Shown here piece after piece: positions 21,560 through 31,943 of a stretch of DNA of 64,000 nucleotides (position 1 is the first letter of the stretch; the number at the start of each line of letters is the position of its first letter). This DNA comes from Opitutaceae bacterium (GTDB lineage Bacteria; Verrucomicrobiota; Verrucomicrobiia; Opitutales; Coraliomargaritaceae). Under the pieces are notes generated by a model that was not told the origin of the DNA, searched no databases, and saw only the letters and a program-made list of their open reading frames with translations. The stretch is from NCBI GenBank assembly GCA_051252375.1, contig JBPOFY010000004.1, forward strand, positions 256,001 through 320,000, read 5' to 3'. A program made the position numbers and the translations under genes.

Positions 21560-24500
21560 ATGCCGAAGCCGCTTCCAACGGTCCATGGTCCTCGCCTGTT
21601 TCATGGTGTCTGCGCCGAAGCAAGGGCTGCTTTGGTCGCGAGCCTAGCGAAAGCCTCCACTGCCACAGTGGCTCTGGTTGCCGACCCACGCCGCGCGATG
21701 GAACTCTCGGTCGAGGTGCAAACCTACGCGGGCTGGTCGAAGCAATCCATCGAGGTCCTCCACTTCCCCGAAGACCCGCCGCCCGATATCGACGCGCACC
21801 GACGCGCTGACCGCATCTGCGACCGACTCACTGTGCTCAGCGCACTGCTTCGCACAACTAAAACGCCCCGACTCCTACTCGCCACTCCAGAAGCACTCCT
21901 TGGTCCATGCCCACGTAAGACCGCTTTTGAAGCCCGCCAGATCAAACTAACCGTTAGCGAGACACACCCATTTCGACAACTGGTCGACCACCTCACCAAT
22001 GAACTCGACTACGACGCCGAGGCATTGTGCGAACACCCAGGTCAGCTAGCTACTCGCGGCGGCTTGATCGACATCTACCCTTACGACGCCACGCAACCAT
22101 ATCGAATCGATTTCTTCGGCGACGAGATCGAAAGCATACGCACCTTCGACCCGACCACCCAGCGCACGGAGAAGAACGTCCACTCGATCACCGCTTCCGC
22201 CTCGGCTAGCGACGAAGCCACCCACTTAGGTGAAGGCGCCCTACTCGAATACCTCCCGACGCAAGCGATACAATGGATATTGGAAGACCCAACTTTGCTC
22301 GTGCGCGAACACCCCTATCGCTTCGAGAACATCAAAGCGACATCGGGCACCACTCGTTCCTTCTATCAATTACTCAAACAGCGCGAAGCAACAGAAGATG
22401 CACTACTTGGTATTTGCGAAGTGGATACAGACCCCAACTTATTCAAAGAAGCCACACGTATAGGCATTTCGACAGAACCCACTGATAACTACCGTCTCCA
22501 CACCGACGCCAGCCAAGTCGGCTTCGACCGTTTTGAATCCGAGCAAAGCGCGCGCTCGAAATTCGAATCACAAATCTCAGATTGGGCAAAAAAAGACGCC
22601 CTCAAGATCGCATTCGTGACTACCGGTCCGAGCGAAGCAAAGCGCATCACCGAGCTCCTCGCCGAGAACCCGCTCACTGCAAAGCTGAAGCCCCAATTCC
22701 TCGAAGGTCCTGTCTCCGGCGGCTTCGTCGCCCGCGGTGATGCCACATGGTTCCCCACCAAAACGACCGCAAAAACGAAGGGGCTCGTCCTCATTACCGA
22801 GACGGAATACTTCGGACGTCGCCAACGCAAAATCGGCAACACACAAAAGCGCGCCCGACCAACGATCTCGCAAGTGGATCAATTACTCGACTTCACTGAG
22901 CTCGCCGACGGCGACCCACTGGTTCACCTCCAGCATGGCGTCTGCCTTTTCCGTGGGCTCACCAAGCTCGACATCCAAGGTGGCACCAAAGAAGTCATCT
23001 CGGTCGAGTTTGCCGATCAGATGACGATCCATGTGCCGCTACACGAATCACACTTACTCACCCGCTACGTCGGGCTAACCAAAGCCAACCCAAAACTCGG
23101 CAAAATCGGCGGCGCAGCATGGGAAAAGACTCGCCAATCCGCCGAACGCGCCACCCTCGATTACGCAGCAGAAATGCTCAACCTCCACGCCAAGCGCAGC
23201 CAATCAGGCGGTTACGCTTTCCCGCCCGAGCATCACTGGCAAAAGGACTTCGAAGCCGCCTTCCCGTTCAAAGAAACACCCGACCAGCTCACCGCGATCG
23301 AGGATACCAAAGACGACATGGAAAAGCCCCTGCCGATGGATCGCTTGATCTGTGGCGATGTCGGCTTTGGCAAAACAGAGGTCGCCATACGAGCCGCACT
23401 CAAAGCTGTGCTCGCCGGCAAACAAGTCGCCATCCTCGTGCCCACCACCGTGCTCTGCCAACAGCATTTCAACACCTTCCGCGAGCGCATGGCGCAGTAT
23501 CCGATCATCGTCGATATGGTCAGCCGTTTTCGCAGCAGCAAACAAAACAAAGAGATCATCTCCCACCTCGCCTCGGGTCGTATCGATATCGTGATCGGCA
23601 CCCACCGTTTGCTCAGCAAGGACGTCCATTTCCAAGACCTCGGTCTACTCGTGGTCGATGAAGAACAACGCTTCGGCGTCCGCCAAAAGGAACGGATCAA
23701 ACAACTCCGCGCCGACATCGACATCCTCACCCTCAGCGCCACGCCGATCCCCCGCACCCTCTACATGGCCATGGCTGGCGCACGCGCCATGAGCGTGATC
23801 GAAACGCCACCCGTCGACCGCCGCCCCATTGAGACCGTGGTCAAAAGCTACTCTGACGATCTAGTTAAAAGCGCGATCCAGGCCGAAACCGATCGCGGCG
23901 GCCAAGTCTTCTACCTCCACAACCGAGTCTCCACCATCGAAGGCGTCGCCGCCAAGATCAACGAGATGCACCCAAAGCTCAAAGTCGCCGTCGGTCACGG
24001 GCAGATGGAAGAGGGGCAACTCGAAAAGATCATGACAAAATTCGTCGCCGGCGATTTCGACGTCTTGGTCTGCACCACCATTATCGAGTCAGGGATTGAT
24101 ATCCCCAATTGCAACACCCTCATCATCGAAGGCGCGGACCGCTTTGGCCTCGCACAGCTCTACCAAATCCGCGGCCGCGTCGGGCGCTTCAACCGCCAAG
24201 CCTACGCCTACCTCCTACTCCACCGACACGCTGCGCTCGTCGACCAAGCCCAAAAGCGGCTCAACGCACTCAAGCAACACAACCAACTCGGCGCCGGCTT
24301 CCGCATCGCCATGCGCGACCTCGAGCTACGCGGCGCGGGCAACCTCCTCGGCTCCCAACAAAGCGGACACATCGCCGGTGTCGGTTTCGAACTCTATTGC
24401 CAACTACTCAAGCAAAGCGTCGCCCGCCTGAAGGGTGAACCGGGCGCCGACCGCATCCGTGCCGAAGTGAAGCTCGACTTCATCGCCACCGGCGAAGGCG

Positions 24501-24970
24501 GCAGTCGCTCGCGCAGCACCAGTGGCACCTTCAGTTTTGCCGCCATCAAAGAGGCCGAATACAGCCGCCCTGGTAAAATCATCGAAGCCGCCCTCCCAGT
24601 CGAATACATCGCCGAGCCACGCCTCCGGATCGACCTCTACCGCCGACTCGCCCTCGCCGATAGCCGCGAAGCCGTCCAAACCATCGCCGTCGAGATGCTC
24701 GACCGCTTCGGTAAGCTCCCGTTAGCCACACAAGCCCTCGTCGCCATCAGTGAAGTGCGCGTCTTAGCCGAGGCCGCCGGCGTCCGCCGCGTCGAAAGCG
24801 AAGGCGATCGCCTCATCTGCCGCCTCGCCCACCCCGATAAAGCCGGAGAATTCCTAAAGACTGGCACCCGCTTTCCCCGCTTGGTTAAGAAAGAACCACT
24901 GCAACGACTGAAAGAAGTGCAAGCCTTCTTGGTTCGACACAAATGCAGCGATCCAATAAATAAAGGCTAA
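21560..24970 (+). CDS. mfd: Transcription-repair coupling factor
   Basis: UvrB-like N-terminus, CarD/RID domain, [27 protein letters not shown] domain. Confidence 0.96.
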   Translation: MPKPLPTVHGPRLFHGVCAEARAALVASLAKASTATVALVADPRRAMELSVEVQTYAGWSKQSIEVLHFPEDPPPDIDAHRRADRICDRLTVLSALLRTTKTPRLLLATPEALLGPCPRKTAFEARQIKLTVSETHPFRQLVDHLTNELDYDAEALCEHPGQLATRGGLIDIYPYDATQPYRIDFFGDEIESIRTFDPTTQRTEKNVHSITASASASDEATHLGEGALLEYLPTQAIQWILEDPTLLVREHPYRFENIKATSGTTRSFYQLLKQREATEDALLGICEVDTDPNLFKEATRIGISTEPTDNYRLHTDASQVGFDRFESEQSARSKFESQISDWAKKDALKIAFVTTGPSEAKRITELLAENPLTAKLKPQFLEGPVSGGFVARGDATWFPTKTTAKTKGLVLITETEYFGRRQRKIGNTQKRARPTISQVDQLLDFTELADGDPLVHLQHGVCLFRGLTKLDIQGGTKEVISVEFADQMTIHVPLHESHLLTRYVGLTKANPKLGKIGGAAWEKTRQSAERATLDYAAEMLNLHAKRSQSGGYAFPPEHHWQKDFEAAFPFKETPDQLTAIEDTKDDMEKPLPMDRLICGDVGFGKTEVAIRAALKAVLAGKQVAILVPTTVLCQQHFNTFRERMAQYPIIVDMVSRFRSSKQNKEIISHLASGRIDIVIGTHRLLSKDVHFQDLGLLVVDEEQRFGVRQKERIKQLRADIDILTLSATPIPRTLYMAMAGARAMSVIETPPVDRRPIETVVKSYSDDLVKSAIQAETDRGGQVFYLHNRVSTIEGVAAKINEMHPKLKVAVGHGQMEEGQLEKIMTKFVAGDFDVLVCTTIIESGIDIPNCNTLIIEGADRFGLAQLYQIRGRVGRFNRQAYAYLLLHRHAALVDQAQKRLNALKQHNQLGAGFRIAMRDLELRGAGNLLGSQQSGHIAGVGFELYCQLLKQSVARLKGEPGADRIRAEVKLDFIATGEGGSRSRSTSGTFSFAAIKEAEYSRPGKIIEAALPVEYIAEPRLRIDLYRRLALADSREAVQTIAVEMLDRFGKLPLATQALVAISEVRVLAEAAGVRRVESEGDRLICRLAHPDKAGEFLKTGTRFPRLVKKEPLQRLKEVQAFLVRHKCSDPINKG

Positions 24971-25097
24971 CTTCATTCGCTGAGCTTATAATATCTAGGT
25001 TATCCTAAATATTCTGGTATACCAAAGCATCCAGTCGCTATGCTGATACTTTTTATTTCTCGAAGTCCTATTCGATATCCACCCTCTCGTATCAATC

Positions 25098-26846
25098 ATG
25101 TTCATCTTCTCTAAAAGATTTCGTTGGGCTTGGCTAGTCTGCTTAATACTGCTCTCTAGCTTCCTACTCACCAGCATCAGCAGTTATCTAGTCACCCGAA
25201 GTAACATGCGGGACACCATAATCGAAAGCACGCTTCCGCTCACATCGGACAATGTTTACTCCGAAATACAACGCGACCTGCTGCAACCGGTCTTCATCGC
25301 TTCGCTGATGGCCCACGACACCTTCCTACGGGATTGGGCGATCAATGGCGAACAGGACGAAGACTCCATAACTCGTTACTTACACGAGTTGAAAGTCAAA
25401 TATGGCACGGTCTCCAGTTTCTTTGTTTCCGATCAAACTCTAAAATACTACCACGCCCACGGACTACTCAAAACCATAAGTCCCGACGAACCGCGCGACG
25501 AATGGTATTTTCGCGTCAAAGACATGACAAAGCGCTACGAGATCAACGTCGACCCCGATCTAGCAAATGCAGATGAAATGACGATCTTCATCAACTATCG
25601 GACGTTTAACTACGATGGCGAATTCATCGGCGCGACCGGTGTCGGGCTAACCGTCAACAGCGTCAACAACTTGATTAGTCGTTACGAAGCAAAATTCGAC
25701 CGCCAAATATACTTCACCAATGCGGAAGGTAAGATCGTGCTACGCCCGACGAATAGCCCGTTACTGGAATATCAAACCCTACAGGAAATCGAGGGATTAG
25801 AATCCGTCTCCGCAAAGCTTCTTTCCAATAAGCAAACCCAAGTCACCTACAATCGAGACGGTGAAACGCGCATGCTACACTGTCGCTATGTGCCGGAACT
25901 CCACTGGTATCTGATCGTCGAGCAAAGTGAATCCACCGCACTTGCCCCCATCCGCGAGCAATTACTTATCAATATTGGGCTGGCGATTCTCGTTACCCTG
26001 ACAGTGGCCATGATTTGTATCGCCGCAATCAAACGTCAACAAGCGAAGCTCGAACGACGCAATGACGAGCTACTGTGCATCAATGCCGAAAGCGAAGCTC
26101 AAAAACACAAAATCTCCCTTACCGCTAAAGAACTAGAAGCCGCCAATCAATCTCTCAGCGCCCTCAATAAGGATAAAGACGAATTCATTGGCATCATTGC
26201 CCACGACCTTCGAAATCCCCTCAACTCCATCATCGGCTTTTGCGAACTAGCCCTCGAAGAACCCAAAGAAATCGACATCACCCCTTTCATTGGCGACATC
26301 AAGGACTCTGGCGAACGTATGCTCGAGCTCACGCAAAAGCTACTCGATGTCTCTCAAATCGAAGCCTTCCAAGGCGAAATCGAAAAAGAGGATACGGACT
26401 GGAATGCCATCATTGAAGTCTCAGCTCATCGCTTCGCAGGACAAGCACAAGAAAAGAAGATCACCTTCGAATACCAACTCGATGCCACCACCGGCATTAT
26501 CGTCCAGAGTCGTCCAGATTGGTTGGATATTTGCATGAGCAACTTAATCAGCAATGCCATCAAATACACACCAAGATGCGGCAAAGTCTTCATCCAAAGC
26601 CGGAAAATTGAAAATCGCCTCGAATTTGAGATTAAGGATACAGGCCCCGGTATCAGCGAGGACGACCAACACAGAATGTTTGGCAAATTCGTCCGCCTAA
26701 CAGCACAACCCACCGGCAATGAATCATCCACCGGACTCGGGCTCTACATCGTCAAAAGTATGTGCGACCGTCTAAATTTGAATATTAAAGTCCGCAGCGA
26801 ACTCGGTCATGGCACCAGCTTCACAGTCACCCAGCCACTCGACTAG
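25098..26846 (+). CDS. Membrane sensor histidine kinase with a Cache-type periplasmic domain
   Basis: Two TM helices, AHDLRNPL H-box, NLISNAIKY, DTGPG, GLGL. Confidence 0.92.
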   Translation: MFIFSKRFRWAWLVCLILLSSFLLTSISSYLVTRSNMRDTIIESTLPLTSDNVYSEIQRDLLQPVFIASLMAHDTFLRDWAINGEQDEDSITRYLHELKVKYGTVSSFFVSDQTLKYYHAHGLLKTISPDEPRDEWYFRVKDMTKRYEINVDPDLANADEMTIFINYRTFNYDGEFIGATGVGLTVNSVNNLISRYEAKFDRQIYFTNAEGKIVLRPTNSPLLEYQTLQEIEGLESVSAKLLSNKQTQVTYNRDGETRMLHCRYVPELHWYLIVEQSESTALAPIREQLLINIGLAILVTLTVAMICIAAIKRQQAKLERRNDELLCINAESEAQKHKISLTAKELEAANQSLSALNKDKDEFIGIIAHDLRNPLNSIIGFCELALEEPKEIDITPFIGDIKDSGERMLELTQKLLDVSQIEAFQGEIEKEDTDWNAIIEVSAHRFAGQAQEKKITFEYQLDATTGIIVQSRPDWLDICMSNLISNAIKYTPRCGKVFIQSRKIENRLEFEIKDTGPGISEDDQHRMFGKFVRLTAQPTGNESSTGLGLYIVKSMCDRLNLNIKVRSELGHGTSFTVTQPLD

Positions 26847-26950
26847 CCACACCAAACAGCACTTTCAGTGATGTTTCCCCGCTTGACCGCACATGATCCG
26901 CTTCTAAGGTTGGGCGAAATTAAGAAATTCCTAAATCGCTACGCGCGCCT

Positions 26951-27934
<984 letters not shown>

Positions 27935-27974
27935 GCGGCCTCGCGTGCGCCTCCAATAACAAGCTGATGCAACC

Positions 27975-28049
27975 TCAGAGGTAGCGGCGCTTGTCCCTAA
28001 GCGCCAAACGTCAGAGCCTTTCGCGGTCTCCTCAAGCAGAGCCCCTACA
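27975..28049. repeat. REP family A arm paired with a different, inverted GTAG arm
   Basis: gtagcggcgcttgtccctaagcgcca at 27981; the reverse complement of 28023-28049 begins tgtaggggctctgc. Confidence 0.75.
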
Positions 28050-28055
28050 ACTCAC

Positions 28056-28095
28056 CATTCGATGTTGGACGTTCGATGTTGGACGTTCAACGTTC
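28056..28095. repeat. Degenerate 7-bp tandem repeat
   Basis: cattc-gatgttg-gacgttc-gatgttg-gacgttc-aacgttc. Confidence 0.85.
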
Positions 28096-28100
28096 CTCCT

Positions 28101-29057
28101 CTACTTCACCCGTAAGGTATGCACCGTCACTTCAGCCGGACAATTCAACCGAATAGGAAGACCCGACGCCCCCGTCCCACGACTCGTATAGCCTTGCATC
28201 TGACCTTCGCGCCAAGGACCTGACAACAGATGCCTCTGCGCCGTGCCATCGTGCACCACCACCCGCCCACCGGGTAAACAAATCTGCCCACCATGCGTGT
28301 GCCCGGACAACTGAAGATCAAAGCCTAAGTCCGCCGCGGTTTTATGCGTTTGTGGCGCATGCGAGAAAAGCACCCGACACGCCCCATCATCCGGCAAGTC
28401 ACGCATCGCATGCTCAAAATCATGCGTCTTATAAAAATTCGGATCATCGATCCCCGTCAGATGTAAAGCCGCGTTACCGCGATGAATCGTCGCCGATTCA
28501 TTCAACAAAAACTTCACCCCCGCCGCTTCAAGCGGTGGCACCTTGATTAAGAAATCGTGATTACCTAAGATCGCATAACTAGGCGCAGACAAACCTTGTA
28601 GAATTTCAATTGCCGCCTCCGTCGCCCCCGTGTGGTCACCATAAGTGCAGGTCCGGAAATCGCCCGTCACCACGATCAAATCGCACGGCACATTCTCCAC
28701 GGCTGACCGCACAGCAGCCGCGAAATCCGGATGCAGGTCCGCGTGCAAGTCCGTCAGCTGCAAAATACGAAACCCATCAAACTCTGGCGCTAAACGCTCC
28801 AAGAAAACTTCGTTCGACTCTACTCGAATATCTAAATAGTTACGCAAGCCCCGCGCCCAAAAACCGGAAACCTTCAGACAAAATCCGATAAAGCCATACA
28901 GATCAAAACAGTTTTCCCAACGAAAGATCCCCTTCCCTTGGCCATGCCCAGCCCGCTCACGCAACTGCGCCTCTTTAGCCAAGCGCTCCAGAAACTTCGC
29001 CTCCCCCATTCGGTCAGCAAGCCCCTGCAATTCGATCGGTATATCTAATTCAGCCAC
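28101..29057 (-). CDS. Metallophosphoesterase (YkuE/YaeI-like)
   Basis: DLH, TGD, GNHD, SH, GHTHGGQ motifs. Confidence 0.92.
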   Translation of the reverse strand: MAELDIPIELQGLADRMGEAKFLERLAKEAQLRERAGHGQGKGIFRWENCFDLYGFIGFCLKVSGFWARGLRNYLDIRVESNEVFLERLAPEFDGFRILQLTDLHADLHPDFAAAVRSAVENVPCDLIVVTGDFRTCTYGDHTGATEAAIEILQGLSAPSYAILGNHDFLIKVPPLEAAGVKFLLNESATIHRGNAALHLTGIDDPNFYKTHDFEHAMRDLPDDGACRVLFSHAPQTHKTAADLGFDLQLSGHTHGGQICLPGGRVVVHDGTAQRHLLSGPWREGQMQGYTSRGTGASGLPIRLNCPAEVTVHTLRVK

Positions 29058-29130
29058 AGCCCTTAAAACTGACCGAACACAGCAATCAAATCAATGACGA
29101 AGCCACGCCAGCTAAGTTGCTCACGCAAAT

Positions 29131-29268
29131 TCAGATGTAGCGGCGCTTGCCCCTAAGCGCCACACGTCAGAGTTAGCCTGTCCTTCAGTTTTTTCTCTGT
29201 GCACTTCGTGTTCTCTAGCGTAGCGAGTGGTTCAAATTTATTCAGCTTTCAACCCGTATCGAGAAGGC
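29131..29268. repeat. REP family A element interrupted by an insertion of about 75 bp; right arm lost
   Basis: Left arm gtagcggcgcttgcccctaagcgcca; spacer halves gtcagagttagcc and cccgtatcgag match the intact copy at 53601. Confidence 0.75.
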
Positions 29269-29316
29269 GGGAAAAAGATGACATGAGAGTAAGTCCACTT
29301 CACCGCCTAGCTGGAC

Positions 29317-29871
29317 TTAGATCTCATCGTCGATGAGCAGCATTTCCATCATCTGCTCACCATAAATCCATGCCTGATTAAACTCCGCTGTAGGTGCTTC
29401 AAAGAAGAAATAATACAAAGTCCCGGTATTGGGATTTATAATAAATAAGTGATGAATCGTGGTAGATACGCCAGCGACTATACCCTCACTACGGAAACCA
29501 TAAGATTTAAATGGCCCCATATCCCTCGTCCATTCTTCTAGGACTTTCCCCTTTTTTGAATAACCCGCCTTGAAGTCATAAATGAAACGAACTGGCTCGA
29601 TTCCTTTTTTTGCTCGAAACGATTTGAATACATTCAGAGACAAGCCCGTTTCGAATGATCCACGATCACCAACAATTTTTTCTTTAGTAATAAAAAATCC
29701 CATCGTGTCAGGGCGACTGACTGACTTCTTATGCCAACCATCGGGGACTAGAAAGGCTCCTTTTAAAGGTTCAATTTCCCACCACGTGAATCCTTCTTTC
29801 TTTGGTAAATCCATCGCTCCTAAAGCGAGGGGCAATATCAGCAATAGTATGGAGGCGATGATTCGATTCAT
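29317..29871 (-). CDS. Hypothetical exported protein (cassette 4; possibly PsbP/DcrB-like fold)
   Basis: Signal peptide; VPDGW motif; the fold guess is weak. Confidence 0.75.
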   Translation of the reverse strand: MNRIIASILLLILPLALGAMDLPKKEGFTWWEIEPLKGAFLVPDGWHKKSVSRPDTMGFFITKEKIVGDRGSFETGLSLNVFKSFRAKKGIEPVRFIYDFKAGYSKKGKVLEEWTRDMGPFKSYGFRSEGIVAGVSTTIHHLFIINPNTGTLYYFFFEAPTAEFNQAWIYGEQMMEMLLIDDEI

Positions 29872-29873
29872 TG

Positions 29874-29929
29874 GTTCAACGTTAAGGATGAGAGTAGCGA
29901 AAAATAATACTCACTCCGACCTGTTCACT
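29874..29929 (-). repeat. attC-like site
   Basis: AGTGAAC-AGGTC-GGAGTGAG...CTCATCC-TTAAC-GTTGAAC, with an extrahelical G in the L'' box. Confidence 0.75.
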
Positions 29930-30471
29930 ACGGAGTCGATAGCGCTCCGCCACTGGTCGAGAGTTTCCACATTTCTCAATTTTTCCTCGAATTCATATAC
30001 TTTGGTCATTCTCTCCAAATTGGTCACATCTTCCCAATAGTCGAACGTCATATCCTTAGGGAACCACTCATCCACTAAGACCATTGTTCTTTTAAACAGC
30101 TCTGTATCATCAAAATGATATGAAAGCATCATCGCCGTCTGTAGGATTTGTTTCCTCTCTCTAAAAAGCTTTCCTTCGTCAGTCGATCCGCATCCGATAC
30201 CGTCTCCCCATAGGCCTCCAAAAGAACGCCCAAATCCTCCGGTTTTAAATGTATGCACGCAAGGAGACCCGAATACCGCTTCATACTCTTTAAAGCCTTC
30301 AGATGTCAGTTTTTCATTCTTTCGATAGGTAATACCTGCAAACTTATCTTCGACGATGTGATAATCCTTGAGGCAAGAAATGCAGGTGTAGCCGTAGTCA
30401 TAGGTGGAGAATAAGAGACCTCCGAAAAAGATCCCTAGGATAATGACAGCGACAAGCAGGATTTTTTTCAT
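29911..30471 (-). CDS. Hypothetical membrane-anchored protein with CxxC (cassette 3)
   Basis: MKKILLVAVII N-terminal anchor, CISC; stop codon lies inside the attC-like site. Confidence 0.75.
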   Translation of the reverse strand: MKKILLVAVIILGIFFGGLLFSTYDYGYTCISCLKDYHIVEDKFAGITYRKNEKLTSEGFKEYEAVFGSPCVHTFKTGGFGRSFGGLWGDGIGCGSTDEGKLFRERKQILQTAMMLSYHFDDTELFKRTMVLVDEWFPKDMTFDYWEDVTNLERMTKVYEFEEKLRNVETLDQWRSAIDSVVNRSE

Positions 30472-30483
30472 TGTGGTGAATGC

Positions 30484-30537
30484 AGAGAACTCTGGCACGA
30501 CACATTAGCGACATTGTCCAGAAGCGCTTAATTGGCT
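30484..30537 (-). repeat. attC-like site, shortened
   Basis: AGCCAAT-TAAGC-GCTTCTGGAC...GTGCCAGA-GTTCTCT. Confidence 0.55.
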
Positions 30538-30543
30538 TAATTG

Positions 30544-31251
30544 TTAATCGACTATGCCACCCTCACTCTTAAGGACTTCCGATGCTCGATTTCGTATTCG
30601 TTTTGCGACCGCCTCCTCACCATTGAACTCTCCGAGCAAGGCAAGCTGCTCGGTTTCTTTCTTAAAACTGTCCTTCACCCATTGAATATGCTCACTATCT
30701 TTGAACATGCCATAGTCTCGAAGGTAGTCTGAGTATACGTTTCGATATTCTTCATCCACATCTGTAATATGCCTGTTGATCAGGTCGTATTGCTTTTGAT
30801 CGAAAGCAAGGTCTTTGGCTATAATCCACAAGCGATCAACCTGCTCCGGATTATTTGATTCAACTTTTTTAAATAGATCTAAGGTTCTTTTGTCTTCTTT
30901 CAGCGCTCTATTAATGCCGCTAACATCATGAAACAGCCCAAAAGACCCTTCGCCATCTAATATCCTTTTTTCTTTCTGGTCCCTGATTTCTTTGAGCTTT
31001 TCCAATGCCGGAGGGTATTGCTGACCAAGCTCAACCCAATAGCTCAAAGCAAACGACAAGCGCACTCCTGTCATCGAAGGCTGATGCTCTAAAGCGTGTT
31101 CGTGAAACCAGACATGTCTTTCTAGCGCTTTCTCGTAGTCGCCTTCTTTTGTTATTTCGACTGTTTCTTGGAGATATTTCTGCATATCCTCCGCCTGAAT
31201 GTTAACAGCAGCAAATATGATTAACAGTGAGATTAGATTTAATGTTTTCAT
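30544..31251 (-). CDS. Hypothetical exported helical protein (cassette 2)
   Basis: Signal peptide; [25 protein letters not shown]. Confidence 0.8.
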   Translation of the reverse strand: MKTLNLISLLIIFAAVNIQAEDMQKYLQETVEITKEGDYEKALERHVWFHEHALEHQPSMTGVRLSFALSYWVELGQQYPPALEKLKEIRDQKEKRILDGEGSFGLFHDVSGINRALKEDKRTLDLFKKVESNNPEQVDRLWIIAKDLAFDQKQYDLINRHITDVDEEYRNVYSDYLRDYGMFKDSEHIQWVKDSFKKETEQLALLGEFNGEEAVAKRIRNRASEVLKSEGGIVD

Positions 31252-31262
31252 AATACTTTTCT

Positions 31263-31311
31263 GACCAACAGTGCTATATCCGCGACTCAGTCGTGAATAA
31301 CTCGGTTTGCG
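31263..31311 (-). repeat. Short attC-like site
   Basis: CGCAAAC-CGAG-TTATTCACGAC-TGA-GTCGCGGATAT-AGCACT-GTTGGTC. Confidence 0.65.
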
Positions 31312-31577
31312 GATTGTGACGAATGCATCCCTATAGATTCATTCTGCTTTCTTTCTTTTCTTCTTACGAAAAAGTAGATGAGTGCTCCAATCCAATTCGT
31401 AAGGACGATGACGAGTATCCAGATTAGTTTCTGGTTCTCTTCATTCTTTTCATATTGCAAGCAGTCAACGAGCATCCAAATCCAGAATGCTAGAAAACTA
31501 ATTGAAATCACTCCGCCGATCAGGAGGAACAACACAGGAATGAGTGTGATTACGATGTTAGGTGCGGTTGATTCCAT
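31287..31577 (-). CDS. PLDc N-terminal-domain small membrane protein (cassette 1)
   Basis: [31 protein letters not shown]. Confidence 0.85.
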   Translation of the reverse strand: MESTAPNIVITLIPVLFLLIGGVISISFLAFWIWMLVDCLQYEKNEENQKLIWILVIVLTNWIGALIYFFVRRKERKQNESIGMHSSQSANRVIHD

Positions 31578-31587
31578 AATTTCTTTC

Positions 31588-31636
31588 GTCTATTGGTGTC
31601 ATATCCGCGACTCAGTCGCGAACAGCTCGAGGTGTG
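31588..31636 (-). repeat. Degenerate attC-like site, paralog of the 31263 site
   Basis: 18-bp identity atatccgcgactcagtcg (31601-31618 vs 31276-31293); core reads AATAGAC instead of GTTRRRY. Confidence 0.6.
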
Positions 31637-31943
31637 AATTTTTAAAAAATCGAATGCGTTTAAATATGAGCATTAGGGCAATGGCACTTTTCACCTTAAA
31701 ATCAGGGGGTCAGCACCAATCAACCTCTATAGGTCTAGTGAAATTAACTAACTGTGCAAGGGGTATCATTCCGGCAATAACACAGCTCCATGCATTCCCA
31801 CATTACTCCTCCTTCATGCCTCCGCGCACTCCTGAGACTGAAAGGAACGGGTGGTTAAACCACATTAATTCGGCCCAAAACTTCTCTTCAATAACGGTTG
31901 CGCGCGGGCGGGACGCACAATACTGTCCCTCTCTTTCAAAATA

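Larger units (their letters stand above)
29290..31636 (-). mobile_element. Integron-like gene cassette array lacking an integrase (CALIN-like): 4 cassettes, about 5 attC-like sites
   Basis: Co-oriented AT-richer ORFs, each bounded by AAC...GTT-type imperfect hairpins. Confidence 0.7.

Noticed and set aside
31276..31618. CRISPR array suggested by the 18-bp direct repeat
   Set aside because: Only two copies, 325 bp apart and enclosing a whole gene; no cas genes; better explained as attC-like sites
31640..31943. FMN riboswitch upstream of ribB
   Set aside because: Conserved RFN segments (GGGCAGGGTGAAATTCCC-like) are not found
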